Positions 42,236 through 55,088 of a stretch of DNA of 64,000 nt are shown piece after piece; position 1 is the first letter of the stretch; each line of letters begins with the position of its first letter. A program made the position numbers and the translations under genes. The notes beneath the pieces were generated by a model, which was not told where the DNA came from, made no database searches, and saw only the letters and a list, made by a program, of their open reading frames with translations. The stretch lies in assembly GCF_009914755.1 (NCBI RefSeq), contig NC_060929.1. One strand, given 5' to 3'. Source of the DNA: the human T2T-CHM13v2.0 reference genome, Homo sapiens.

Positions 42236-42990
42236 AGTCCTCAGAATTAAGCTATGATTGTAACTCTAAGTAAAACAGAAGAACTTCACACAATTTAACA
42301 ATGAATGTAATTCAACTTTGTTGAAAAGATTTAAAATATATTTGGGTAATGTGAACTTTATGGTGTTCTGTATTTCTAGAGTCTCAAGCCTTCTTTTCTC
42401 TCTTTTTTTTTTTTTTTTTGGTTTGGTTCTAAACAAAGAGTAAAAGTTAGCCCCCCAGTACATGTACTTTGCATTTACAAAATAGCTCACTTCAACCACT
42501 TCTCTATTTATTCATTAATTATTATTAAATCTAATGGAAAAAATAAATTACAATATTTGGAATTATAAGTTTATATTAACATAGTAAATAGGTATTTCTG
42601 TCAAGATTGACAGTAACTTATTTGGGAGTTTAAAGTCTCAAAGAGTACATGATATTAGCTCAGGAATAGATACAGAGTGAAAATAGAAGTTAAAAGAAAA
42701 AAATATTGTTTTGTACTACAGGTGACAGAGTATAGCATGTGAGAGAAAATTAATACATACTAATAACCTGGTAAAAATTAAAGTATTAAAATTCAAACAT
42801 CTTTGCTAAATGCCTTTAGCAAATATATATCTTTATTGACATTTTTGCTTTTCTTTAAACATTTAAATATAATTTTTCTATCCCTTTATAGTAGTGGTGA
42901 TAAATTAATGAAATGAACATTTGAATATATATACACTCACACACAAACATATATATTTATGCTTATTACAGAAAATCATTAAGAACAAGA

Positions 42991-45275
42991 TGATATGGTT
43001 TGTCTCTGTGTCCCCACCCAAATCTCATCTTGAATTGTAGTTCCCATAATCCCCACATGTTGTGGGAGGGACCCAGTGGAAGGTAATTGAATCATGGAGG
43101 CAGTTACATCCATCATGCTGTACTCATCATAGTGAGTAAGTTCTCATGAGATCTGATGGTTTTATAAGGGGCTCCCCTGTCCCCTTGCTCTGTAGTTTTT
43201 ACTGCTGCCGCCATGTTAAGAAGGATGTTTGCTTCCTCTTCCACCATGACTGTAAATTTCCTGAGACCTCCCCAACCATGCTGAACTGTGAGTCAATTAA
43301 ATCTCTTTTTTTCATAAATTACTCAGTCTCAGAAATGCCTCTATTAGCAGCATGAGAAGAAACAAAAACAGTAAACTGGTGCCAGGTAGTGAGGTGCTGC
43401 TGTAAAGATACATGAAAATGTGAAAGCAACTTTTTTGGAACAGATAACAGGCAGAAGCTAGAACAGTTTGGAGGGCTCAAAAGAAGACAGGGAAATGTGG
43501 GAAAGTTTGCAACTTCCTAGAAAGATGTTGAATGGCTTTGACAGAAATGATGATAGTGAAATGGACAATAAGGTCCAACTGAGGTGGTCTCAGATGGAGA
43601 TGAGAAACTTGTTAGGAACTGGAGCAAAGGTCACTCTTGCTATGCAAAGAGACTGTCAGCATTTTGCCTCTGCCCTACAGATCTGCAGAACTTTGACTTT
43701 GAGAGAGATGATTTAGGGTATCTAGCAGAAAAAGTTTCTACGTGGCAAAATGTTCAAGAGGAAACAGCGAATAAAAGTTTAGAAACTTTGCAGCCTGACT
43801 ATGTGAAAGAAAAGAAAACTACATTTTCTGGGGAGAAATTAAAGCCGGCTGCAGAAATTTGCCTAAGTAACAAGAAGCTGAATGGTAATCACAAAGACGA
43901 TGGAGAAAATGTCTCCAGGGCATGTCAGAGACCTTCACGGCAGCCCCTCCCATCACTGGCCTGAAGACTTAAGAGGAAAAAATAGTTTCCCGGGACCCCT
44001 CTGCTGTGTGCAGCCTAGGGACTTGGTGCCCTGTGTCCCCGCTGCTCCAGTCTTGACTAAAAGGGGTGAAAGTACAGCTCGGGCCATGGCTTCAGAGAAT
44101 GCAAGCCCCAAGCCTTGGCAGCTTCCATATGGTGTTGAGCCTGAGGGTGCACAGAAGTCAAGAATTGAGGTTTGGGAACCTCCACCTAGATTTCAGAGTG
44201 TGTATGGAAAGGCCTGGAAGTCCAGGCAGAAATTTGCTGCAGGGGTAGGGCCCTCATGGAGAACCTGTGCTAGGGCAGTGTGAAAGGGAAATGTGGGGTT
44301 GGAGCCGCACAAAGAGTCTCCACTGGGGCACTGCCTACTGGAACAATAAGAAGAGGGCCACTATTATCCAGACTCCAGAGTGGTAGATCCACCAACAGCT
44401 TGTGTCATGTGCCTGGAAAAGCTGCAGACACTCAGTGCCAGCCCATGAAAGCAGCCAGGAGGAGAGTTGTACCCTGCAAAGTCAAGTCACAGGGGCAGAG
44501 ATGCCCAAGGCCATGGGAGCCCACCTCTTGGATCAACGTGACCTGGATGTGAGACATGAAGTCAAAGGAAATCATTTTGAAACTTTAAGGTGTAATGACT
44601 GTCCTATTGGATTTCAAACTTACATGGGGCCTTTAGCCCTTTTGTTTTGGACAATATCTTCCATTTTGAACGGATGTATTTACCCAATGTCTGTACTCCC
44701 ATTGTACCTAGGTGGTAACTAACTTGCTTTTGATTTTACAGGCTCTTGGTGGAAGGGACTTGTCTTGTCTCAGATGAGACTTCAGACTTGGACTTTTGAG
44801 TTAATGCAGGAATGAGTTAAGACTTTGGGGTACAGTTGAGAAGGCATGATTGTGTTTTGAAATGTGAGGACATGAGATTTGGGAGAGGTCAGGGGTAGAA
44901 TGATATGGTTTGGCTTTGTGTCCCCACCCAAACTCATCTTGAATTGTAGCTCCCATAATCCCCATGTGTCGTTGGAGGGACCCAGTGGGAGGTAACTGAA
45001 TCATGTGTGTAGTTACCTCCATCCTATTCTGGTGATAGTGAGTGAGTTCTCATGAGATCTGAGGGTTTTATAAGGGGCTTCTCCCTGCTTCACTCTGCAC
45101 CTCTCTTTGCTGCCGCCATGTGGAGAAGGACATGTTTGCTTTCTCTTCCGCCATGATTGTAAGTTACCTGAGGCCTCCCCAGTCACGCTGAACCATGAGT
45201 CAATTAAACCTTTTTTCTTTATTAATCACCCAGGGGTCTCTCTCTTTATTTACAGCATGAAACCAAACAAATACA
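42991..45275 (+). mobile_element. Full-length THE1 (THE1C/D-like) MaLR provirus: LTR 42991-43370, internal, LTR 44901-45275
   Basis: Both LTRs begin tgatatggtttg...tgtccccacccaaa; typical THE1 internal region with polypurine tract before the 3' LTR; degenerate TSD caaga/catgg. Confidence 0.95.
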
Positions 45276-45555
45276 CATGGTAAGTTATTTTTGTCTTTGT
45301 CCCAAAAATTATCTTTGTGCTAGACAGTAAAAATTGCTGTTATTTAATCAGGATGACTTGTTCTGATAAAATGACCAGATTTACATTTGTGTAAAGTCAT
45401 AATTTTCTATGGGAAATAGAATTTATTTTTGAGTAACATAATTTACTTTAAAGCATACATTGCAAACATATGAACAGAGAGAGAGAGAGATATGTTTGTG
45501 TAGTGTGTATTCCTAGGCAGACATACGTAAAACCTATGTATAAAAATTAAATGTG

Positions 45556-46110
<555 letters not shown>

Positions 46111-46184
46111 ATGTTACATCAATAATACTAATATATTTCTTATTACAATTTAATAGAGAAAAATTACTAATTTGTGAACTAACT

Positions 46185-46632
46185 TGTTATCTTGCAATGG
46201 TTTCATGATTGCTGGCAGAAGATTCGAGTCCTATGTCAAAAACAAAGGACTTTATTACTACATAAGAACAGGCAATGCAAGCTTCACATTCATGCTTATT
46301 CTCCATGCACCACAAATCCCAGGGAAGCAATGCAGGTGGGCCTATACAGATGCTGTAAATATGGATTTACATCACCCTGAGGAACCCTGAGCTTAGGAAA
46401 CACTAAACTTTCATAATGAGATGCCCAAAAATCTGCCCAAACTTTGCCCAGAAGGAAGATATTATCTTGATTAAACTTGAATACACCAGCACCCTGTTCT
46501 GGAACATCATTGTCTTACAATGCTATTTGTTATACAAATATTTGTGGATAGATAGTGCAAGAAAAGGCTATCAATACCTACTAACATTATGTGCTGAAAT
46601 GCAAAAGGTTCATAGAGAATTGTCCCCCAACA
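46185..46632 (-). mobile_element. Old ERVL-class LTR (MER54/MER73/MER74-like)
   Basis: tgtt...caaaggactttattact...gagaattgtcccccaaca has TG..CA termini; family assignment tentative. Confidence 0.45.
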
Positions 46633-47559
46633 TAGATTATAGTCCTCTTACTCTTCGGTTTAATACATGAAACATGGGTTTATGCATAAAGATACATTGA
46701 AACATGAGGATTTGATGGAGAGTAAACAGCAGTAAAACTCATAATTTTTAAAAACTACCCTAGATATTGAGCTTTTCATATTAGATGTATATGTTGGCCT
46801 GGTTATCAGGGAAATGTGATTTTGAAATATCAATTTTCATACTCTACTACTAAAAAGAAAATGCTTCCCTTGTTGGTGCAATAGCTTTGAAATTCAATGG
46901 AATTTTTGTTGTATTTTGTGGGTTCATGTGCTGGAAGTATTTTGACTGTGAATATTTGATTTGGAATCTCCTTATGGAAATTAGATTGTCAATAATAATG
47001 TGATATATTATAAATTATTTTCAATTAAACCCAACTGGACACATAGACCTATTGAACTGTTGATTCGTGAATAAACATATACATTTCTTATACTTTGTTT
47101 CAATCTACCTGTGGAATATATAATGGAGCAAAAAAAAATTAAAGGCCTAGATAGTGTTTATCTAATGCTTATCTTATCGTACATCTTTTAAAATTAGTGT
47201 GACCATATAATTTGCTAAACAAACCAAATCATTTTGAGAATCTAAGAGGATGCTATTAATTATTACACCATGACAGGCATAAATTGAGATTCTATTAGAC
47301 AGACAAGAATGTATAGTCACACTACTTATAACCAAATTATATCACCATCAATAAGATTTGATTTTCTTCTAAAGGATCTCATACAGACTTTTTATCTCAA
47401 TGAGGGCTATGTTCTTACTAGAGGAATTTTTAAGTGATAGACATTTTAAAGGCAATACCATATCAGTATATATTAGAGTATCAGGCTGATTCAGTGTTTC
47501 TTATTTCTGTCTTTCCAAGTTCCCTTGAATTCTGTTTTAATATTCATTGCATAAACCAT

Positions 47560-47790
47560 AAAGTTCTAAATGTGCGTATTCTGTGTCAAGCACTGTGTTA
47601 TGAATTTCCTATCAATTATGTTATTTAGTCTTTACTCCACTCTGTGATACATGTTTCACTATTATCACCATTTTATAGCTGAAGAAATGAAGTCAAAGGA
47701 GACTAAGTGATGTGTGCAAAGTCCTGTGACCTATATGGGGTGGGCCAGGTTTTGAACCCAGTCAGTCTTACTCTACAATTTGTGTTTTTA
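47560..47790 (-). mobile_element. MIR SINE
   Basis: MIR core reverse: attatcaccattttatagctgaagaaatgaag...ctaagtgatgtgtgcaaagtc...ttttgaacccagtcagtct. Confidence 0.8.
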
Positions 47791-47794
47791 GCAG

Positions 47795-48226
47795 TGTTAA
47801 GGCAAACTAAATATGACCTGAGAAGGACACTGTACTTTTATATTTGAGTCCTTATGGACAAACAGCAACCCAACTTAATAGGTAGACAAGATTGAAACCC
47901 TAACTTAGGAGTATGTGCCTGTAACAATACCGGAATCTTGGCTAATCCAAGCAGCCATATTTCAACTAGTCATACACTGCTGAGTGTTCAAACTGTGTTC
48001 AAGTAAGGCAAATGCCAAGCTGTAACCAACCCAGCTGTTTCTGTACCTCACCTCTGATTTATTTACGTCACTTCTCTTTTTTAGTCTATAAATTTGTTCT
48101 GACCATGAGGCATCCTTAGAGTGTCTCTTAATCTGCCAGAATTCTGGGGGTTGCCAGATTTACAAATCATTCATTGCTCAATTAAATTTTTTAGAATTTA
48201 ATTCAGCTGAGGTTTTTCCTTCAACA
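47795..48226 (+). mobile_element. MER57 (ERV1) solo LTR
   Basis: tgttaaggcaaactaaatatgacctgagaaggac ... tttttccttcaaca; perfect 4-bp TSD gcag. Confidence 0.88.
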
Positions 48227-50484
48227 GCAGCTATACTATTTTTTGATGTATATATTACCTTACTAACAATAGGTCAACCTTGTTATTCAGTTATGTGTTT
48301 AATTTGAGATGGATAATCCCCAGGGCAAACAATATGTAAATATATATGATAATAGAAACTAAGAATATCTATTTACTTTCACTAGATGGAGGGGAAATAG
48401 TTGTACAATTAAGTTTTTCAATTTGCACAAATCAAGAAATGATAAGGATGACCTGAATCCATGAATATTGATAAGCCACAGGGAGCTGGAATAATTAAAT
48501 GATTTGATTCTTTACTCTGCATAGTATCCTCAGATTACAGATCTCCTGACTTAAGTTTATCAGCTGAACTACATTTTGATAGTAAATGTAGAAAATTTAT
48601 CCAGTTATGAATAAAGAAATTCTACCACTGGGAAAGATAAAAGTGAAATTCTCTTGGAATCACCCACAAGCTTTCTGCCCTCTCTATTATACTGATTTAT
48701 TCCTTAACCTCTCTTCTCAGAGACCATAAAATGAAGATGTGAACTTACAAAACTGAGTCAGCTAAAGGATAATTTTATGTATATATCTCCCTGCTCATTA
48801 GGGAAATGACTAGAGAAATAGTCTTTAATTCAGCCTTCAAACGCTTGAGAAAAAATTTCAACAAAGTCCAGTCCAGATGGTCTAATAGTCTATGATAAGA
48901 ATAACAACATAGGCATCAATGAAAAAGAAAAGAAAAAAAAACCCTTTTACTATAAAGACATCCAACCAGAGGGATAAAGAGGAAGATTCTTCTTTATGGT
49001 TTCTAAATAAGGTCTGTTCAAATTAGTTTCATGAAGAATGCATGCTGCTTTATTGTTTGCCAAAAAATAAGGTGAGATCCAGTAATTTGAGCATCCAAAA
49101 TGTTCAATTATATTAGGCTTAGAGAATGATAAAGGAAAAGATATGAGCTGCCTCTCCTGCAAGGTACATGCTACTATTGGCTCCATAACTGGACATTTCT
49201 ACAGAAACCAAGATGATAACCTAAACTTACAATATTGTGATTCTGACATAAGAAACTACCAAGATTACCAAGACTTAGCGACTAAGTCTATTCAAACACC
49301 TGTAGATCCAATGAGACTGACCTCACTTCAACATCTCTATTAGTACAAACACATGAGCAACCAGAATAAGATTAGAACAAGCATGACTGTAATACAGCTT
49401 GTACTTAGTCTTATCAAAGATACTTCTGTTACTATTATCCTTCAAGCCAGATGCCCACTTTTATTTCCCTTAGCAGTCCATAACCCAAACTGATCTGCCC
49501 CACTCTCTTTTTCCCATGGCCTTTATTAGGTATAAACATAGCATTTAAAAGTGACAGTTTTGTCTATCATTTCCATTCAAAACCTCATCTGAGCCATGGA
49601 TAGAGCTTGTAGATATAAAGGTGATGATGGCAGAGTACCCACACTACAATTTTGCATATTATGTGATGTAATAATACTCTGCATAGGATTTCTTACAAGA
49701 GATAATGCTTAAAAATGTTTGAAAACAATGTTGAATTATTTGTACAGAAATTAGGAAACTGTGCTTTATTGAAATGTACTAGCCTATGTAAGGTACAAAT
49801 GCATGACACTGAAATGTAAGTTTCACAATATAGTAGCAATCTATTTTATTTACTGAAGTGTCTCAAGCATAGACAATTATCGGATGTGCAATACGCATTC
49901 AATGAATATGTGTCAGACGAGTGACAGAATATGATGAATTTTAGCAACTGCAATTAATTTGATACTGCTGAAAGGGGATACCAGATGTTAAAGCTGATTC
50001 TGCAGTGCTCAGGCAGCAGTACAATAATAGAAGGCAGGATGTGATGATGTGCAAATGTCTGGGGCTATGCTTCATTGGTAGTTGTCTCTCTCTGACTTGG
50101 CAAATGGATGTGGCTCTGTAGAGGAGAGGTGGAAAGTTCAAGGCAAGGAAAATAAGACAAAGAAAAAACTTTCACTGTTTTCTGATTTCTCAGAACTGGG
50201 AACTTTTCAGGGTCTTCAATGCTCTGCGAAGTTGTTTGAGCTCAGAATAACTGAGTAAGAAACCAGGCCACTTCTGATTTTAATTCTATTATATTGTCTG
50301 CCTTTTCATTATTGAGATTACAGGGAGAAATGGATCTGTAGGGCACTTCATTATTTAGACCTGTTTTTTTAAATTTCTAATTTAAGCAAAGAAGTTTCGA
50401 ATGTACAATAGCAAGGTATGTATATTTATTCATAAATTGATGAAAAGCCATGGAATATTTTTAAGCAGAAGACTGATGGTCCAT

Positions 50485-50641
50485 TTTTACTTTTATTTAT
50501 TTATTTTTCTTATTTTGTTTTTGTACAGATAGGTTCTCATTATGTTGCCCAGGCTGATCTCAAACTCCTGGGCTCATGTAATCCTCCTGCCTCAGCCTCC
50601 CAAAATGCTAGGAATACAGGAGTGAGATACCATGCTTGGCC
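50485..50641 (-). mobile_element. Alu monomer (FLAM-like)
   Basis: Single left arm with T-rich tail: atgttgcccaggctgatctcaaactcctgggctc...ccatgcttggcc. Confidence 0.85.
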
Positions 50642-50734
50642 AGTATGGTGTATTTTATATTTTAGGGCAGTGAATGAAAAAACTGAGTAAAGAAAGGATT
50701 GAGGAGAATCAATCAACATACAACAAATAGAGAG

Positions 50735-51700
50735 AAGTTCATTCATATGCCCATTAGCTCCCTCTTGAACAAAGTGCATTGAACAACAGACATGTTTGAG
50801 AATCTATGCTAGCCACAGGGATACAATTATGAACAATAAAACTTAGTCTATGTCTTTAAAGGTCTACAGTTGAGAAAGGCAGAGAGATAGTGAACTAGTG
50901 AGATTAAGTCTGATGAATGCTAAAAACAAATGGAAACAAAGAGTTCACTGAGAACATGACACAATAACTCGACCTATCTAAATACACAAAAGATGAACAC
51001 AGTGAGATTTAAGTATAGGTAGAAATAAATCAGGTAGAAGTGAAAAAGAATGTCCCAGTGTCTTTTTTTGTCTACAGAACAAGAAAAGAACATAAGGAGA
51101 TAAATAAGCGGCATCCACAGAAGCATATTGTTAGAGGGGAAATAATGAGAAAAGAAACTGGAGAAATAAGAAGGGAAGTATGTATAATTTTTCCTAAAGT
51201 CAATAAAACAGTATTACAGGGAGGGTAAATTAAAGAAAAAAAATACATGAATGTAGTGTAGTCTATTAAAAGATTAGACTGGGCTAGACAATGATTTTGT
51301 TAAAAATAAAGGGATGTGGTACACATATTTTTATATTGAAATCAACAGGAAGGTAAATTAGTGACCGATTAAAATTGAAAAGGATTAAAGTTTGACTTTC
51401 CTCTTTCTGGGTTGAGTATTGGAAGAGGAGCAGAACTATCATGGAGGTGTAGACACAAGATGGACGTTGAGCTCGGGTTGGAACATGCTGAGTGTGAGAT
51501 AGACAAATTGAGAGATGTTAAATAAAATATGAGTTCAGAAAAATGATACCTAGATATAAAATTTTTAAACAGTGGTTATTTTATTAGAAAAATATGTAAA
51601 ATTACAAGGATACAGGGCCTCAGACAAAACCCTGAAGTCCAAAATATTGCCATCCTTAAATATGCAGGCATAAGGAATAGATATCTCCAAAGATTCACTA
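50735..51700 (-). mobile_element. L2 LINE fragments
   Basis: ttcattcat...atgctagccacaggggatacaattatgaacaa...; gagctcgggttggaacatgctgagtgtgagat resemble reverse L2; very diverged. Confidence 0.5.
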
Positions 51701-51799
51701 GGAAAATAGAAATAATAGAAGATAATTTTTCTATTATCCTATCATGAGATTAAATCTTATTAAATCTCCTATATTTATTAATGAAATATAATCTATTAG

Positions 51800-52255
51800 T
51801 TCATATATATATTATATATACCCACACACAGATACATACACACAGAAAGAAAGAGACATAGACTTTAAGAAATTGGTTCAAGTGATTTTAGAGGCTGGGA
51901 AATTTGAAATCTGCAGTGCAGCCAGGATGCTGAAGATTCAGGTATGAGTGGATGTTGCAATCCTCAGTTCAAAGGCTAGAAACTCAGACAGAATTTCTAT
52001 ATTGCAGTCTGGAGAGAGAATTTCCTTTCCTTTGGGAAATATGACTCTCTGCTCTTAAGGCCTTGAATTAATTGGATGAGGCTCACACATATTACGGAGG
52101 ATAATCTGCTTTACTTAAAGTCAACTAATTGTTAATGTCAACTGCACCTAAAAAAAAAATAGATATATATATTTACAGCAACATCTAGGCTGGTGTTTGA
52201 TCAAACAACTGGGCACTAATCTACTGAAATTGATATATAAAATTTAACCCTCACA
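51800..52255 (-). mobile_element. MLT2-family LTR
   Basis: aagaaattggttcaagtgattttagaggctgggaaatttgaaatctgcag ... aatttaaccctcaca. Confidence 0.7.
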
Positions 52256-52712
52256 AGGGCAAACAATAATAGAAGAAGGAAACAAGATCCCTTAATCCAT
52301 ATAGACAAAGAATGAGCCCTTGAAGGAAAAAGTGTTCAATCTTGTGGAATATTTCTGAGAGGTCAAGTAGCTCAAGCATTAAAAAGCATCCTTTGAACTG
52401 ACTTTTGCTACTGAACAATAGTAAGGGCTTAGAGAACTAGAATTAAAAGCCTGATATAAAAGATGAGCATATTTGAGAGAGCTTATTTGGTAGTGTGAAT
52501 GGCACCTGAGCAAATGACTGAGGATTGTTACAAAGGAGAAAATGTCAAGGATAGTCCATGGGGTTAGCCTTGGTCATTGAAGTGAATGCCGTTAATTAAG
52601 CAACAAATACACAAGATAGGTAGATGTGGGGAGATGGAGGTTAAACATATTTGTTCTGTTAGAAATATATAAATTTTACCTACTTATGGGATATCTAGTA
52701 GGGATCAACCCA

Positions 52713-53050
52713 TGTATTAGTCCATTCTCACACTGCTATAAAGACATACCTGAGACTGTGTGGTTCTGCAGGCTGTAGAGGCTTCTGTTTCTTGGAAGGC
52801 CTCAGGAAACTTACAGTCATGGTGGAAGGCAAAGGGTAAGCAAGTACATATTCACATGGCCGGTTGGAGAGGGCTGTGGAGAGGTGCTACACTTTTAAAC
52901 AAGCAGATCTCACGAGAACTCTATCACAGGAAGAGCAAGGGGGAAGTCCATCCCCCTGACTCAGTCACCTCCCACTAGGCCCCTCCTCCAACACTGGGAA
53001 TTACAATTTGCCATGAGATTTGGGTGGGGACACAGAGCCAAACAGTAGCA
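52713..53050 (-). mobile_element. MST solo LTR with internal deletions
   Basis: tgtattagtccattctcacactgctataaagacatacctgagactg ... gggacacagagccaaac. Confidence 0.88.
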
Positions 53051-53259
53051 ACCATCTTTTGGAATTTACGCATTTAGACAGAGATATTTGCTAGCATATA
53101 AAAGAGGAAAGAGAAGGCTATTTTCTAGAGACAACAAACATTAAGGAATCAATAAAGGAAAGGATGGAGGAAGATGATGAAAATCTTTCTTTTACTCTGT
53201 GTTGCCTTGCTAAGCTAGGAATTGACAAGTATTTAATATATTAAAACCCATATTATGGA

Positions 53260-54388
53260 TGTTGTACACTACAAGAGCATATCTTGGCAATAGGATTAAT
53301 GATCACGAAAAGGTGCACTCAGACATCTGGCAGGGTCTACGTCACGTGTCACTTAACAATATGATGTAACCTAGTCCAGGGATTACCAGGTCTCCATGAC
53401 AACAGGATGTAAAAGCCCTGGTTGCCCTAGAGACAAGGCTGCGTCAGCACAGATGGAACTTTCATGAACCTTAAAATAAAGCTTCCCCTTGCAAGAATAA
53501 CTTAAACTCCCTTTATTAAAGAAACACCTGGTGACTGACCCAGACTGAGTACAGAAATAAAAAAGGACAAGCTCTCAAGAATCTGAAAATAATCTCAAGA
53601 CTGAGACTGTCTCCCTGAGATAGCTATTTGACCCCTGACTGCATTTGGCTAGTGTCACCGGCTTGTACCTGCTTATTGTTTTGTAAGGTCAAGCCAGAAT
53701 AAACTACCTGAACATAAGCCAGTGTCTATGACTCATCTTTGAATCAAATTGGACCAAAGGAGAAAAATTGCTCTGGGAAAGCTGGTCTGCTAGGTCCACC
53801 AGATACACCAAAAGCCTCAATGAGGTTGTGAACCCAAAAGTACCTGAGACCGGTCTCAATCAATTTAGAAAGTTTATTTTGCTAAGGTTAAGGACATGCC
53901 CATAACATAGCCTCAGGAGGTCCTGACAACATGCACCCAAGGTTGTCAGGGTACAGCTCGATTTTATACATTTTAGGGAGACATAGGACATCAATCAATA
54001 CATGTAAGATTGACATTGGTTTGATCTGGAAGGGAGGGACAACTCAAAGCGGGGGCAGAGGGTTATAATAAGGGGTTGTGGAGACTGGGGTCTTGCCATA
54101 CAGATGAAGCATCCAAGTAGCAGGCTTCAGAGATAATAGTTGGTAAGTGTTTCTTATCCACAGCGAGATCTGTATTGATGTCCATGCTAGTTGGCTTTTC
54201 CTGAATTCCAAAAGGGAGGGAGGCCAAGTGTGGTCTGACCCTCCCTTTCCCATATTAGCCTGAATCACTTTTTCACTTTAACTTTGGAATACCAATGGCT
54301 GAGAGGAGGGGTCCATTCAGATGGTTAGGAGGGTGTTAGTATTTTATTTTTGGTTTACAGGGTAGAGAACAGAGGACATCAGCTTACA
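53260..54388. mobile_element. Unassigned LTR-like element hosting the MER4 insertion
   Basis: TG...CA bounded, GC-richer, with aataaa at ~53698; family not recognised. Confidence 0.35.
53827..54359 (-). mobile_element. MER4-family (ERV1) solo LTR
   Basis: tgtgaacccaaaagtacctgagaccggtctcaatcaatttagaaagtttatttt ... ttttatttttggtttaca; TSD aggt/gggt. Confidence 0.88.
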
Positions 54389-54500
54389 AATTGAGCCTCT
54401 GAGAAAGTAAACAACTCTCTCAAATTGTTTATTAAAAGACAACTTTTTTTTTTCCTTCAATGACTAGATTCCAAAGAAGTCTTAACACTTTCAAGTAACT

Positions 54501-55088
54501 TGTGGTAGGTGGAGTAATGCCCCTTCCCCAGATGTACATATCCAAATCCGTGGAACCTGTCTTTAAATGACAAAATGAATTTTGTAGGTAAAATGAGGTT
54601 CCTTTGAGTTAGAAGATTACCCTGGATTGCTTGGGTGGGCCCAATGTTAATAATCTGATGGGACCCTAAAAGGAAAGCGGGAATGCAGAAGTTTTCATAA
54701 AAGAAATGGAAGTATGGAAAACGAGGCAGGAGAGATTGAAAGCATAAGCATTCAACTCACCATTGTCATGTTTGAAGATGAAAAAGAAGGGGGTGGGGCA
54801 CAAGCCAAGGAATGGGAGTGGCCTCTGGAAGCTGGGAATAATGGTCACCTGGAACAGCCATCAGGGAAAGGAGAACTTCAGTCTACAACTTAGAGAAACT
54901 ATATTCTACCAACAGTGTGAAGGAGCAAGTAAATAAGATTCTCCCCTTAGATACTTAAGAAAATAATGCAGCTCTGTCAGTACTCTACTTTTATGATACT
55001 ATGACAGAACTAGGAGATAATGTATGTTTCATTTTAAGCTGCTAAATTAGAGATAATTTGTTATGGTAGCAATAGAAATAAATATACT
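54501..55088 (+). mobile_element. MLT1D-like LTR
   Basis: tgtggtaggtggagtaatgcccc ... gattaccctggatt..gggtgggcccaatg ... ttgttatggtagcaatagaaataaatatac. Confidence 0.8.

Noticed and set aside
42802-42823. 9-bp inverted repeat tttgctaaa/tttagcaaa (similar one at ~34892-34916)
   Set aside because: Short enough to arise by chance in AT-rich DNA.
43468-44722. Cluster of 80-130 aa ORFs
   Set aside because: Degenerate THE1 internal region; overlapping frames with stops. The same applies to 58752-60264 in the MST element.
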